Source: Dehalococcoidia bacterium
GTDB lineage: Bacteria > Chloroflexota > Dehalococcoidia > Lucifugimonadales > UBA3495
Length of the DNA stretch: 64,000 bases
Reading direction: 5' to 3'
Assembly (NCBI GenBank): GCA_965204905.1
Contig: OZ242042.1
Coordinates: forward strand, 4,012,891-4,076,890
Shown: positions 48,055 to 57,523 of the stretch, piece by piece
How positions within the stretch are numbered: the stretch's first letter is position 1
Layout of the letters: each line of letters starts with the position of its first letter
Notes under the pieces: model-generated
Databases searched by the model: none
The model's input: the letters and a program-made list of their open reading frames with translations, nothing else
What the model was told of the DNA's origin: nothing
Position numbers and translations under genes: made by a program

Positions 48055-48816
48055 TCAGCCGCCGCGCAGCCGGCGGTTCTCCTCTTCCAGTTCGCGGATG
48101 CGGGCTTGGGCGCGGTCGGCGCGGGTGCGTTCGCCGTCCCGCTGGGCTTCGGCGGTGAGACGGGCCTGGCGTTCGGTGTCGAAGGTGGCTATGTGCCGCC
48201 CGGTGGCAGGATCAATCCAGAGCAAGCGGCCGCGCTGCCACCGCAGATAGAGGTTCAGGGTCGCGCTGTACCCCTGCGACACGTCCTCCGCCAATTCATC
48301 AACCGCGATGGCCTGGTAGGCCCCGTCCACCAGCCGGTCTCCGGCCAGCCGGGTCCCGTGATGCTCCCCGGTCTCGTCGAACCGCCAGTACTCCGGGATA
48401 CCCAGGGCGGCGTAGCCCTCCCGCTTCGGCCCGGTGTCCGTGGTTGCAGTGCTCTCCGAGGCTACTTCCAGCACGAAGTCGGGGGGCTTGCCCTGTTCCT
48501 GGACGATATAGCCGTTGCTGGCGTAGTAGGCGGACTGATCGACCTCAAAGGCGATGAGGAGGTCGGGGGCCCGGCGGTAGCTTCCGCTGGGGAGTCGGCG
48601 CTGGGGCGATGTGGTGATGAAACGTTCTGCGGCGACGATTGTGGACTGCGGGTTTCCGAAGTGCTGCGCCAGGTGGTGGGTGTTGCCCGGTTCATGGAGG
48701 TGTTTGGCGCTGGTCATCTTCTCGTCGAGTTCGCGTTCGGGAGGGTCGGGCAGGCGGAAAAGGCCCGGCGCCGGGGCTTCAGGTGTACTGGAGGTGGTAG
48801 GTTTGGCGGTGGTCAT
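48055..48816 (-). CDS. Uma2 family endonuclease
   Basis: APDLLIAF, GKPPDFVLEVASEST, PEYWRFD, coiled-coil tail. Confidence 0.88.
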   Translation of the reverse strand: MTTAKPTTSSTPEAPAPGLFRLPDPPERELDEKMTSAKHLHEPGNTHHLAQHFGNPQSTIVAAERFITTSPQRRLPSGSYRRAPDLLIAFEVDQSAYYASNGYIVQEQGKPPDFVLEVASESTATTDTGPKREGYAALGIPEYWRFDETGEHHGTRLAGDRLVDGAYQAIAVDELAEDVSQGYSATLNLYLRWQRGRLLWIDPATGRHIATFDTERQARLTAEAQRDGERTRADRAQARIRELEEENRRLRGG

Positions 48817-48965
48817 GGGAGACCTCGGGGGTTGCCTTGGGTGGCCGACTACTCACGGCGGGCTACGCTATGGGGGGCCATTATATTGCATATTAGTTGC
48901 CGCTGGCGGTTGGGCGCGATAATATGACCGCACTTCGGGCGCACGCCCGTCAAAGCAGGTGAGGA

Positions 48966-49304
48966 ATGGCAATCTATCGGCTATATGCGGGAGACGACGG
49001 GCAATCGCACATTGAGGAGACGAGCCTGGCAGATCACCCTGAACTTGGGGAAGCGCAGGCGACGCAGTCGATCATGTTCCGCGAGTGGCCGCCGGGCCAT
49101 TTCATCGACTGGCATCCGGCTCCCCGGCGGCAGTACATCATTTCGCTGCGGGGCGAGATAGAAATCGGGCTGGGTGACGGGACGACGTTCCGCTACGGCC
49201 CCGGCGACGCCCGGCTGGTTGAGGACACCACGGGCCAGGGACATACCACGCGGGTGGTCGGCGACGCGCCGAGCCTGACGGCGGTGATTCCGCTGGCGGG
49301 TTGA
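48966..49304 (+). CDS. Cupin-fold protein
   Basis: YAGDDGQSH, WHPAPRRQY, EDTTGQGH. Confidence 0.82.
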   Translation: MAIYRLYAGDDGQSHIEETSLADHPELGEAQATQSIMFREWPPGHFIDWHPAPRRQYIISLRGEIEIGLGDGTTFRYGPGDARLVEDTTGQGHTTRVVGDAPSLTAVIPLAG

Positions 49305-49411
49305 GTTGAAGGGAGCGAGGAGCGGCAGAACGGTTCAGGATTTCACCCTCACCCCAGCCCTCTCCCATCGAGGGAGAGGGGACAGAACAGAAACGAACAG
49401 GAGGCAACACG

Positions 49412-49756
49412 ATGGGACAGATAGTACGGGTTTATACGGGGAGCGACGGCGAAAGTCATTTTGAGAATTTGACGCCGGACCAGTTCGCCGACATTGCCAA
49501 CAACGTCGGCCCCGGCGACATAACGGTTGGCCGCCGGGAATCGCCGAGCTTTTCGGACTACCACAACGCGCCGCGGCGGCAGTACGTGGTGAACATGAAC
49601 GGCATCGCCGAGTTTGAGGTTGCCGACGGTACCAAGGTGCGGATGTTCCCCGGCGACGTGCTGGTGGCCGAGGACCTGACGGGACACGGGCACATCGCGC
49701 GGAGCATCGGCGACGAGTTCCGGGTTTCGCTGGCGGTGCCGTTGGCTGACGGCTAG
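49412..49756 (+). CDS. Cupin-fold protein
   Basis: YTGSDGESHF, YHNAPRRQY, EDLTGHGH. Confidence 0.82.
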   Translation: MGQIVRVYTGSDGESHFENLTPDQFADIANNVGPGDITVGRRESPSFSDYHNAPRRQYVVNMNGIAEFEVADGTKVRMFPGDVLVAEDLTGHGHIARSIGDEFRVSLAVPLADG

Positions 49757-49771
49757 GCATTCGGTTGACTC

Positions 49772-49799
49772 GTAGGGGCGAATAACTATTCGCCCCTAC
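49772..49799. repeat. GTAG-type REP palindrome
   Basis: GTAGGGGCGAATA-AC-TATTCGCCCCTAC perfect inverted repeat. Confidence 0.75.
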
Positions 49800-49883
49800 C
49801 TGTTGCGACACTTGGATTCCGGCACGCCGAGGCGCATCTGGACTTTCGCCGGAATGACGGAAGCGAGATCAAGGACGGTACAA

Positions 49884-50216
49884 ATGATTGTACGGATTCA
49901 TACCGGAGATGATGGCGAGTCCCATTTCCATGAATTGACGGCGGACGAATTTGCCGAGATTGCCAATGACGTTGGCCCCGGAGACATCACGGTGGGCCAG
50001 CGGCCGGCCGGCTGGTGGCAGGACTACCACACCGCGCCGCGTCACCAGTACGTGGTGTTCATGTCGGGCGGCGCGGAGATCGAGGTAGCCAGCGGCGACA
50101 AGCGGCAGTTTGGCCCCGGCGACGTGCTGGTGGCCGAGGACCTGACCGGGCACGGTCACATCATCCGCAACACGGGCGAGGAGCCGCGGGTATCGCTGGC
50201 GGTACCGCTGAAATAG
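49884..50216 (+). CDS. Cupin-fold protein
   Basis: HTGDDGESHF, YHTAPRHQY, EDLTGHGH; ATG 49884 follows AAGGA. Confidence 0.82.
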   Translation: MIVRIHTGDDGESHFHELTADEFAEIANDVGPGDITVGQRPAGWWQDYHTAPRHQYVVFMSGGAEIEVASGDKRQFGPGDVLVAEDLTGHGHIIRNTGEEPRVSLAVPLK

Positions 50217-50248
50217 GGGTCAAGGCATCGTTCAAAGGCCCTGTTGGG

Positions 50249-51115
50249 TCAGCCGTTCAGGTTTGAGGCCACGTAGTCGTGGAGCTCCTGGAGGACGGCG
50301 GCGTTTTCTTCCAGGGTGAATTCGTCAACCAGGTAGTCGTGGGCGCCGGTTACGCCGGTGACTGCTCCGGCATCGACGAGGTATCGGATGCAGGCGGCGT
50401 CGGTTTCGACGTTGGGCAGCAGGTTGCGGCCGACTGCCACCGAGAGGGCCGCCACCAGCCCGTAGCCGCCCCAGTTGGACGTGCTGGACGCGATGAGATG
50501 GTTGCAGGTGGTGATGGCCGGGTAGTCGGGCAGCGGGTCGGCGGACTCCACCACGTCCAGCAGGTTGCCCATGCCGATCTCGTTGCCGCCGTCGCCGATG
50601 CCGATGGAAGGGATGCCCATCTCGAACAGGCGGTCGATGCGGGCGGTTTTATCCGAGATGTCCACTCCGCGCATGTTGCGATAGACGCCCTGGGCATCGG
50701 GGGCGCAGCGTTCGATGGATACGACCAGGGACGGCTCTTGTTGGGCAACAGCGTCGCGGGCGGCCTGGTAGTTTTTGGCGGCGTCGTCAGTGATCGGGAA
50801 ATCTATCACCGGAGACGGGTCGCCCTGTTGCGAGAGCCAACTGGCCATCATGCCGGCCACCGGGTCGTCGGCGGCGTAGGCCACCGGATGGCCGAGGGCG
50901 CGAATGGCGTCGCCGATGGCGAATGCGCCGGGCGGCCCATCGGTTTCCGGGGCGTCGCTCATTATGATGTAGAAGCCGGTGGCGATGATGACCGGGCCAG
51001 GGTGTTCCAACAGGTACTGCGCGGCCTGGGTGCAGAAGTCTTCGGGCAGATGCGGGCGAAGGGCGTTGATGCCCCGGCGGTCGTGGTTGAGGATGATGTC
51101 TTCGATGGTTGGCAT
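50249..51115 (-). CDS. DUF4392 / D-glutamate cyclase C-terminal-domain protein
   Basis: TGF, ETDGPPGA, SIER, YRNMRG, GIGDGGNEIGMG, SNWGGY. Confidence 0.85.
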   Translation of the reverse strand: MPTIEDIILNHDRRGINALRPHLPEDFCTQAAQYLLEHPGPVIIATGFYIIMSDAPETDGPPGAFAIGDAIRALGHPVAYAADDPVAGMMASWLSQQGDPSPVIDFPITDDAAKNYQAARDAVAQQEPSLVVSIERCAPDAQGVYRNMRGVDISDKTARIDRLFEMGIPSIGIGDGGNEIGMGNLLDVVESADPLPDYPAITTCNHLIASSTSNWGGYGLVAALSVAVGRNLLPNVETDAACIRYLVDAGAVTGVTGAHDYLVDEFTLEENAAVLQELHDYVASNLNG

Positions 51116-51131
51116 TATTGAAAGCTCCGGG

Positions 51132-51944
51132 CTATATGACGGCGTAGTCTGAATCGCGGCGGTCGGTGATGAACATTTTGCCGGGGGCGTGGGTAATCAT
51201 CAGCGGGGGCTTGCAGTTGAGGGCGACGGCCTGGGGGGTTACGCCACAGGCCCAGAACACCGGGGTTTCGCCGGGTCGGATTTCCACGGAGTCGCCGAAC
51301 TCAGGCGCGTCGATGTTGCGGATGCCGATGGCTGACGGGTCGCCGATGTGGACGGGCGCGCCGTGGGTGTCGGGGAAGCGCGAGGTGACCTGGACGGCGC
51401 GGACGATCTGTTCGCGGGGGATGGGGCGCATGCTGACCACCATGGGGCCGGAGAACATGCCGGCCGGCCGCGTGGGTATGTTGGTGATGTACATGGGCAC
51501 GTTGCTGTTGGCTTCCTGGTGGCGCAGTGGGATGCCGGAGTCGGACATGGCGGCCTCGAAGGAGAAACTGCAACCCAGCAGGAACGAAACCAGGTCGTCG
51601 CGCCAGAAATCGGCGACGGACTGGTACTCGCCGGTCATTTCGCCGCGCTCGTAGATGCGGTAGGCCGGCACGTCGGTGCTGATGTCGGCGCCGGGGGCTA
51701 CAAATGACGGCTCCACGGAGCCGGCTTCGATGACCTCCAGGATTGGACAGGGCTGGGGGTTGCGCTGGCAGAACAGCAGGAAGTCGAAGGCGAGGTCGCG
51801 GGGCAGGACGGCGAGGTTGGCCTGGACATGTCCGTTGGCGAGGCCGGAGGTGACGCCGTCATATTCGCCGGCGCGGATCAGGCGGCGGATTTCCGACGGC
51901 TGGGTGGGCAATGCTTGAGTGGGCAACGTTGTGGCGGTAGTCAT
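51132..51944 (-). CDS. DUF1445 putative hydro-lyase / D-glutamate cyclase family (YcsI-like)
   Basis: [51 protein letters not shown]. Confidence 0.9.
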   Translation of the reverse strand: MTTATTLPTQALPTQPSEIRRLIRAGEYDGVTSGLANGHVQANLAVLPRDLAFDFLLFCQRNPQPCPILEVIEAGSVEPSFVAPGADISTDVPAYRIYERGEMTGEYQSVADFWRDDLVSFLLGCSFSFEAAMSDSGIPLRHQEANSNVPMYITNIPTRPAGMFSGPMVVSMRPIPREQIVRAVQVTSRFPDTHGAPVHIGDPSAIGIRNIDAPEFGDSVEIRPGETPVFWACGVTPQAVALNCKPPLMITHAPGKMFITDRRDSDYAVI

Positions 51945-51971
51945 GGATAGCTCCGTCCTGCGATAGTGGCT

Positions 51972-51999
51972 TTGCATGGATGTACAGGATGAACGGGAT
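51972..51999 (+). repeat. Repeat family E (TTGCATGGATGNACAGGATGAACNGGAT)
   Basis: Near-identical copy at 59432-59459. Confidence 0.7.
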
Positions 52000-52467
52000 G
52001 TCATTGATTTGGACTTTCTGGATTCCCGCATCCGCCTGAGGCGGACATCTGCGACTTTCGCGGGAATGACAGGTAAGGGTGGCAGGAATGGCGAGTAAGG
52101 ACGATGGAGACGATGAGCGGGTTGGCGCGATGGGATGCCGGCGGGGGTATGCTAGAATTGCGCCGGCAATAAGTCATAATAGACAGGGGATGCGCCAGCG
52201 TCAATTTTGATAGGGTGACGTAACTGTTCAGATTTGAGGTGCCATCATTGCCCCAAACCTTCATACTGGCCTTCGCCGGTATCCAGGAAAGCATTGCCCT
52301 TACTCAAGATTGCGTACACCCGGACTCTCTGGATTCCTACGAAAGCAGGAATGACGGTTATTCGGCCAAGGATCTCTCCAACTCTGAACAGTTACCCACA
52401 ATGGTATGATCGGGGCTAACGCGACAGCGCCGCCTGACCGCGCCAGCCCCGTCCGACGAGGTTCAGC

Positions 52468-53190
52468 ATGACCACCACACGACCCGCCGACCTGACGGCT
52501 GTACCGGCCACACCCTTCTGCCTCCCCGACATCCCGCAGAAGCATCCCGACGACATGACCTCCGTAAAATACCTGCACGAACCCGGCCAGACGCACCATC
52601 TGTCTCAATACCTGGGCAGATCCGACACCACCCTGGTCACCGGCGAACGCTACATTGTGCCGGGCCCGGCCTTCGTGGCCAGTGAAAGCCGCTACCCCGA
52701 CCTGATGGTAGCCTTCGACGTGAATCCGGCCGCCTACGAAGCCCGCAACGGCTACGTGGTGTCGGAGCAGGGCAAGGCGCCGGACTTCATCCTGGAGGTT
52801 GCGTCGAGACACACGGCCAGCGATGACCTGGAGGGGAAGAAGGACTACTACGAGAGGCTGGGAGTGGTTGAATACTGGCTGTTCGACAGCCAGGGGGAGT
52901 TCTATGGGTTCATGCTAAGGGGCTACCGGATGGAGAGTGGTCGCTACCAACCCATAGAGGTGAGTGAAATCCGCCCCGGCGTGTTCCAGGGGTACAGCGG
53001 GGCGCTGAACGTGAACCTGAGGGCTGAGGATGGCAACCTGGGCTGGCATGATCCCGCCACCGGGGAACACGTCCCAACCTTTGAATCACAAACGGAGCGA
53101 GCCGAAGCGGCCGAAGCGCGGGCCGAAATTGCCGAAGCCCAGGTACAGGAACTGGAGGCCGAGATTCGCCGGCTGCGCGAGGGCCGGTAG
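52468..53190 (+). CDS. Uma2 family endonuclease
   Basis: YPDLMVAF, GKAPDFILEVAS, VEYWLFD, coiled-coil tail; close paralog of 48055..48816. Confidence 0.88.
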   Translation: MTTTRPADLTAVPATPFCLPDIPQKHPDDMTSVKYLHEPGQTHHLSQYLGRSDTTLVTGERYIVPGPAFVASESRYPDLMVAFDVNPAAYEARNGYVVSEQGKAPDFILEVASRHTASDDLEGKKDYYERLGVVEYWLFDSQGEFYGFMLRGYRMESGRYQPIEVSEIRPGVFQGYSGALNVNLRAEDGNLGWHDPATGEHVPTFESQTERAEAAEARAEIAEAQVQELEAEIRRLREGR

Positions 53191-53214
53191 GGTCAAACTT
53201 CGTGGGATGACAGC

Positions 53215-53889
53215 GTGTACAACGTGTTTCTTTTGACACGTCCCGGGGAAGGGATGATGTCGCTGGTGAAGCAGATTGATGCCTCTGGCCTGTCGTGCCG
53301 AGCCGGGAGCGACATTGCGGAGCTGGACGACGTGGCGCACAGCACGAACCTGGACGTGGTGTTGCTGGACATGGCGGCCGTGGGAATCGGCGCGCAATCC
53401 GTGATCGAACAGATCAGCCAGTTGAGCCTGCCGACGATGCTGGTAGTAGATCCGAGCTTTCTGAACCAATATGATCCGGCGATCAATCCCGACGACTTCA
53501 TCATCGCGCCGATGAACGCTTCGGAGTTGATGGCGCGGGTGGGGCAGATAGTCTTTCGGCGCAACGGGCGGAACACGGACCAGGTGGTGCGCGTGGGGGA
53601 ACTGACCATCGACCTGCAAAGTTACGAGGTTACGATGGCGGGCCGGCGCATCTCGCTGACGTACAAAGAGTTCCAACTGCTGACTCTGCTGGCGTCGAAT
53701 CCCGGTCGGGTCTATACGCGGGAGGCCCTGCTGAACCAGGTTTGGGGATACGACTACCTGGGGGGCACGCGGACGGTTGACGTGCATATCCGGCGGCTGC
53801 GGTCGAAGGTGGAGGACCCGGACCACCTGTTTGTGGAGACGATTTGGAACGTGGGGTACCGGTTCCGGGACGTGGCGGCGGAGGGGTAG
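53215..53889 (+). CDS. Orphan OmpR/PhoB-family response regulator (GlnR-like atypical receiver)
   Basis: LTYKEFQLL, VWGYDYLGGTRTVDVHIRRLRSK, TIWNVGYRF; receiver lacks the N-terminal acidic pair and the KP lysine (IIAP). Confidence 0.85.
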   Translation: MYNVFLLTRPGEGMMSLVKQIDASGLSCRAGSDIAELDDVAHSTNLDVVLLDMAAVGIGAQSVIEQISQLSLPTMLVVDPSFLNQYDPAINPDDFIIAPMNASELMARVGQIVFRRNGRNTDQVVRVGELTIDLQSYEVTMAGRRISLTYKEFQLLTLLASNPGRVYTREALLNQVWGYDYLGGTRTVDVHIRRLRSKVEDPDHLFVETIWNVGYRFRDVAAEG

Positions 53890-53978
53890 GGGAATGTCAC
53901 CCTCTCCTATCGAGGGAGAGGGGAAATTTTCGCCCTCACCCTAACCCTCTCCCATGAAGGGAGAGGGGACAAACGGGG

Positions 53979-56624
53979 TTAGTCGCTGGTGTGGGCCTGG
54001 ACGCGGTTGAGGAAGCGGTCGCGTTCGGCGGCGACGCCGGCGTGGCGGGGGTGTTCGAGTTCAGGGTCGGCTTCGATGATTCTGGACGCTTCCTGGCGGG
54101 CCAGGGAGAGCAGGTCCTGATCGAAGATGTTGGCGATGCGGAGGACGGTCTGGTCGCCGCTCTGGGTGGTGCCGAAAATGTCGCCCTCGTGACGCATCTG
54201 CAAGTCGATTTCGGCGAGCTTGAAACCATCACGGGTAGATTCCAGGGCGGCAAGACGCTCGGCGGCGCGTTCGGATTCGGACTCTGACATGAGCAGGCAG
54301 TAGCTCTTGTGCTCGCCCCGGCCCACTCTGCCCCGGAACTGGTGGAGCTGGGATAATCCGAACCGATCCGCGCCGTCGATGAGCATGACGGTGGCGTTGG
54401 GCACGTCGATGCCGACCTCCACGACGGCGGTGGCGACGAGGATGTCCAACTCGGCGTCGCGGAACTGGCGCATCACCCGGTCCTTCTCCCGGGAGGCCAA
54501 CCGCCCGTGCATCAGGCCGACGCGTAGATCCGAGAATACCTCTTCGGAGAGGCGTTTGTGCTCGTCGATGGCGGCGCGAACGTCCAGCTTGTCCGATTCC
54601 TCCACCAGCGGGCAGATGACGAACGCCTGGCGGCCGGCGGCGACCTGCTGGCGGACGAATCCGTAGGCGGCGCGTCGCTTGTCCTCCGGTACGATGCGGG
54701 TCAGGGTCTCTTGGCGTCCCGGCGGGAGTTCGTCGATGGTGGAGATGTCCAGGTCGCCGTAGAGGGTGAGCTGTAGCGTGCGCGGTATCGGCGTGGCGGA
54801 CATCATCAGCGAGTGGGGTTGTTCGTCGCCGGCGCCGCGCAGGGCGGAACGCTGCTCCACGCCGAAGCGGTGCTGCTCGTCGGCGATGGCCAGGGACAGG
54901 TTGGGCAACTCGACGCTATCCTGGATGAGGGCGTGGGTGCCGATGAGCAGGTCCAGGTGGCCCTCGGAGGCCATGCGGAGCAACTCGCGCCGGGGCGCGG
55001 CGCGGGTGCTGCCGGTGAGCAGCCCGAAAGCGAAGGGTCGCGGCAGGTTGGGCAGGTAGGCGGACAGCACGTTGGGTTGCTGCAACGGCTGGTCGAACCC
55101 CTCCAGCAACTGGCCGACGGTGCGGAAGTGCTGCTCGGCCAGCACCTCGGTGGGAGCCATGAGCGCGGATTGGCGGTGGGCCGAGGCCGCAGCTAGGACG
55201 GCGGCCAACGCGACCAGAGTCTTGCCGCTGCCGACCTCACCCTGCAACAAACGGCTCATGGGCGGCGAGCCACGGCCCATGTCCTCCAGAATCTCGGCGA
55301 CACAACGCAACTGGGCGGCGGTGGGCGTGAAGGGCAAGCCGCTGAGGAAACCATCTACCATTGGGGCGTGGTACTTGATGGGCAGGCCAACGGCGTTGCG
55401 CTCGCGGTGGCGCCGGCGGCCCAGGATGGCGAGCTGGAACGCGAGGATTTCGTCGAAGGCCAGGCGGCGACGGGCACGGTCGGCGGCGGCGGAATCGGAG
55501 GGATAATGCACGTCCCGGATGGCGTCGGGCAGGCCCACCAGTCCAGTGCGTTGGAGTATGTCAGCGGGCAGGAAATCGGTGATTGCGCCGGCGGAGCGGG
55601 TGGCGGCCAGCCAGGTGAGGCTGCGCAGGTTGCGGGCGGTCATGCCCTGGGTGAGACGATAGACGGGCGTGATACGTCCGGCGTTGAGGGGAGGCTGGCG
55701 TGGCGTGATGACGTCGTACTCGGGGGACGATATGGATAGGCGGCCCCGGTGGATTTCCACCTTGCCGTTGACGACCATGTGGTTGCCGGGTTTCAGGGAA
55801 CGGGCGAGATAGCCCTGACCGAACCACTGCAATTCGATCTGTCCGGTGTCGTCCCTGAGGACGGCCTCGGCGAGCTGGAGGCGACGCTGGCCCACGTTGG
55901 CGGAACGGATGTCGGCCAGTTGGCCCTCCAAGGTGAACGTGCCGCCGGGGTAGAGGTCGGCGATGCTGGCGATGTCGGCGCGGTCGTCGTAGCGTCGAGG
56001 GAGCGTGTAGAGCAGATCGCGGACGGTACGGACGTCCAGCTGTTCCAGGCGTTGTACGGTTTTGGCGTCCATGCGGCGCAGGGTCGAAACCGGCTGGTCG
56101 GGATCGATGGGGCTGGCGGCCGGGGTTGGGGGAGCGGGCGGACGGCGGCGCATCCGCACGGACGGCAGGATTTCTTGGGGAGCGAACAGGCCCGGGGCAA
56201 CGGGTTGTCCTTCGACGGGCCCGGGTCCTTCGACAGGCTCAGGACGAGCGGGTGGAATGGGTTCAGTGTGAGCAGGTGGTGACTGGATTCCCGCTTGCGT
56301 GGGAATGACGGGGGTAGCGGGAATGTCGGGTTGGGTTGTGGGAGCGGCGGGTGGAGCGGCTGCGCCGTTCAGGGCGGCTTGCCAGCCGGCTACCCAGGCG
56401 CGGCGTTGGTCCGGGTCGAGGTCGCGGTAGGATTGCTCGATGAGGTGGCACGCTTGGGCGTCGTCGGCCAGGTATTCGCGGAGGTCGGGTTCCCAACGCT
56501 CGATGAAACGGCGGATGCCGCCGCTGACGGCGTTGTCGGCGTAGCCCTTGTGCGCTTCCAGAGCCAGGATTTTGCGGAGGGCGTCGCGCCAGATGGGTTC
56601 GTTTTCGCGGAGGTCAGCGTCCAT
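53979..56624 (-). CDS. recG: ATP-dependent DNA helicase RecG
   Basis: RLLQGEVGSGKT, DEQHRFGV, MSATPIPRTL, RFGLSQLHQFRGRVGRG. Confidence 0.96.
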   Translation of the reverse strand: MDADLRENEPIWRDALRKILALEAHKGYADNAVSGGIRRFIERWEPDLREYLADDAQACHLIEQSYRDLDPDQRRAWVAGWQAALNGAAAPPAAPTTQPDIPATPVIPTQAGIQSPPAHTEPIPPARPEPVEGPGPVEGQPVAPGLFAPQEILPSVRMRRRPPAPPTPAASPIDPDQPVSTLRRMDAKTVQRLEQLDVRTVRDLLYTLPRRYDDRADIASIADLYPGGTFTLEGQLADIRSANVGQRRLQLAEAVLRDDTGQIELQWFGQGYLARSLKPGNHMVVNGKVEIHRGRLSISSPEYDVITPRQPPLNAGRITPVYRLTQGMTARNLRSLTWLAATRSAGAITDFLPADILQRTGLVGLPDAIRDVHYPSDSAAADRARRRLAFDEILAFQLAILGRRRHRERNAVGLPIKYHAPMVDGFLSGLPFTPTAAQLRCVAEILEDMGRGSPPMSRLLQGEVGSGKTLVALAAVLAAASAHRQSALMAPTEVLAEQHFRTVGQLLEGFDQPLQQPNVLSAYLPNLPRPFAFGLLTGSTRAAPRRELLRMASEGHLDLLIGTHALIQDSVELPNLSLAIADEQHRFGVEQRSALRGAGDEQPHSLMMSATPIPRTLQLTLYGDLDISTIDELPPGRQETLTRIVPEDKRRAAYGFVRQQVAAGRQAFVICPLVEESDKLDVRAAIDEHKRLSEEVFSDLRVGLMHGRLASREKDRVMRQFRDAELDILVATAVVEVGIDVPNATVMLIDGADRFGLSQLHQFRGRVGRGEHKSYCLLMSESESERAAERLAALESTRDGFKLAEIDLQMRHEGDIFGTTQSGDQTVLRIANIFDQDLLSLARQEASRIIEADPELEHPRHAGVAAERDRFLNRVQAHTSD

Positions 56625-56689
56625 AGAGTCCCCCTCATCCCAGCGCTCTCCCACCTGGGGAGAGGGGGCTTTGGAGGTGTCAGGTCGCG

Positions 56690-57523
56690 TCAGGCCAGGG
56701 TGGATACCGCCACGGCGCCGGGGCCGACGTGGGTGCCGATGGCGGAACCGACCTGCGTGGTGTAGGTGTTTTCGGGGGATACGAGATCGGACAGGCGGTT
56801 GCGGATTTCCTCAGCCGGCGCGGCGTCGGTGGTGTAGGCTACGGCGAGTTTGGAAGCCGGCCCTTCCTGGCGTACCAGGTCTTCAAGGCGTTGCAGGGCG
56901 CGCCGGAGGTTGCGGGGTCGGTCAACAGGGAGCACCTCGCCGTTGGCAACCCTGAGGATGGGCTTGACCTTGAGCAGAGAACCCATGAATGCCTGGGCCT
57001 TGCCGATACGTCCACCTTTCTGAAGGTATTCCAGGGTGTCCACCATGGCAAAGCTGTAGGCAGAGGCGGCGCGTTGGGTGGCGGCGGCGGCGACGGACTC
57101 GGCCGTGGCGTCGGGAGCGGCGGCGTCCTCGGCGGCGGCGATGACCTGGAGCAGGTGGCCGACCGAGGCGGTGCCGGCGTCGATGACGGTTACGGCGCCA
57201 TCATCGAACTGCGAGGCGGCCTGCACCGCCGAGTTGTAGGTGCCGCTGAGTTGCCGGGGAAGAGTGATACAAACGACCTGATCACCGGCGGCCACCAATG
57301 GTTCCAGACGTTCCGTAAAGTCTCTGGGAGTGGGCTGCGACGTGCCGGGGAGTTGGGATGAGGATTGGAGGCGGGCGTAGAACTGGGTAGGGTTGATGTC
57401 GATGCCCTGGCGGAAAGACTCCTCGCCGAACAGGACGTAGGCCGGCACCAGGGTAACGTCCAGTTGTTCGGCGATGTCGTGGGCGATGTCGCAAGTGCTA
57501 TCGGAAACTATTTTGACTGCCAT
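56690..57523 (-). CDS. DegV family fatty-acid-binding protein (FakB)
   Basis: IVSDSTCD, TSQPTP, LSGTYNSA, LQKGGRIG, IGTHVGPG. Confidence 0.92.
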   Translation of the reverse strand: MAVKIVSDSTCDIAHDIAEQLDVTLVPAYVLFGEESFRQGIDINPTQFYARLQSSSQLPGTSQPTPRDFTERLEPLVAAGDQVVCITLPRQLSGTYNSAVQAASQFDDGAVTVIDAGTASVGHLLQVIAAAEDAAAPDATAESVAAAATQRAASAYSFAMVDTLEYLQKGGRIGKAQAFMGSLLKVKPILRVANGEVLPVDRPRNLRRALQRLEDLVRQEGPASKLAVAYTTDAAPAEEIRNRLSDLVSPENTYTTQVGSAIGTHVGPGAVAVSTLA

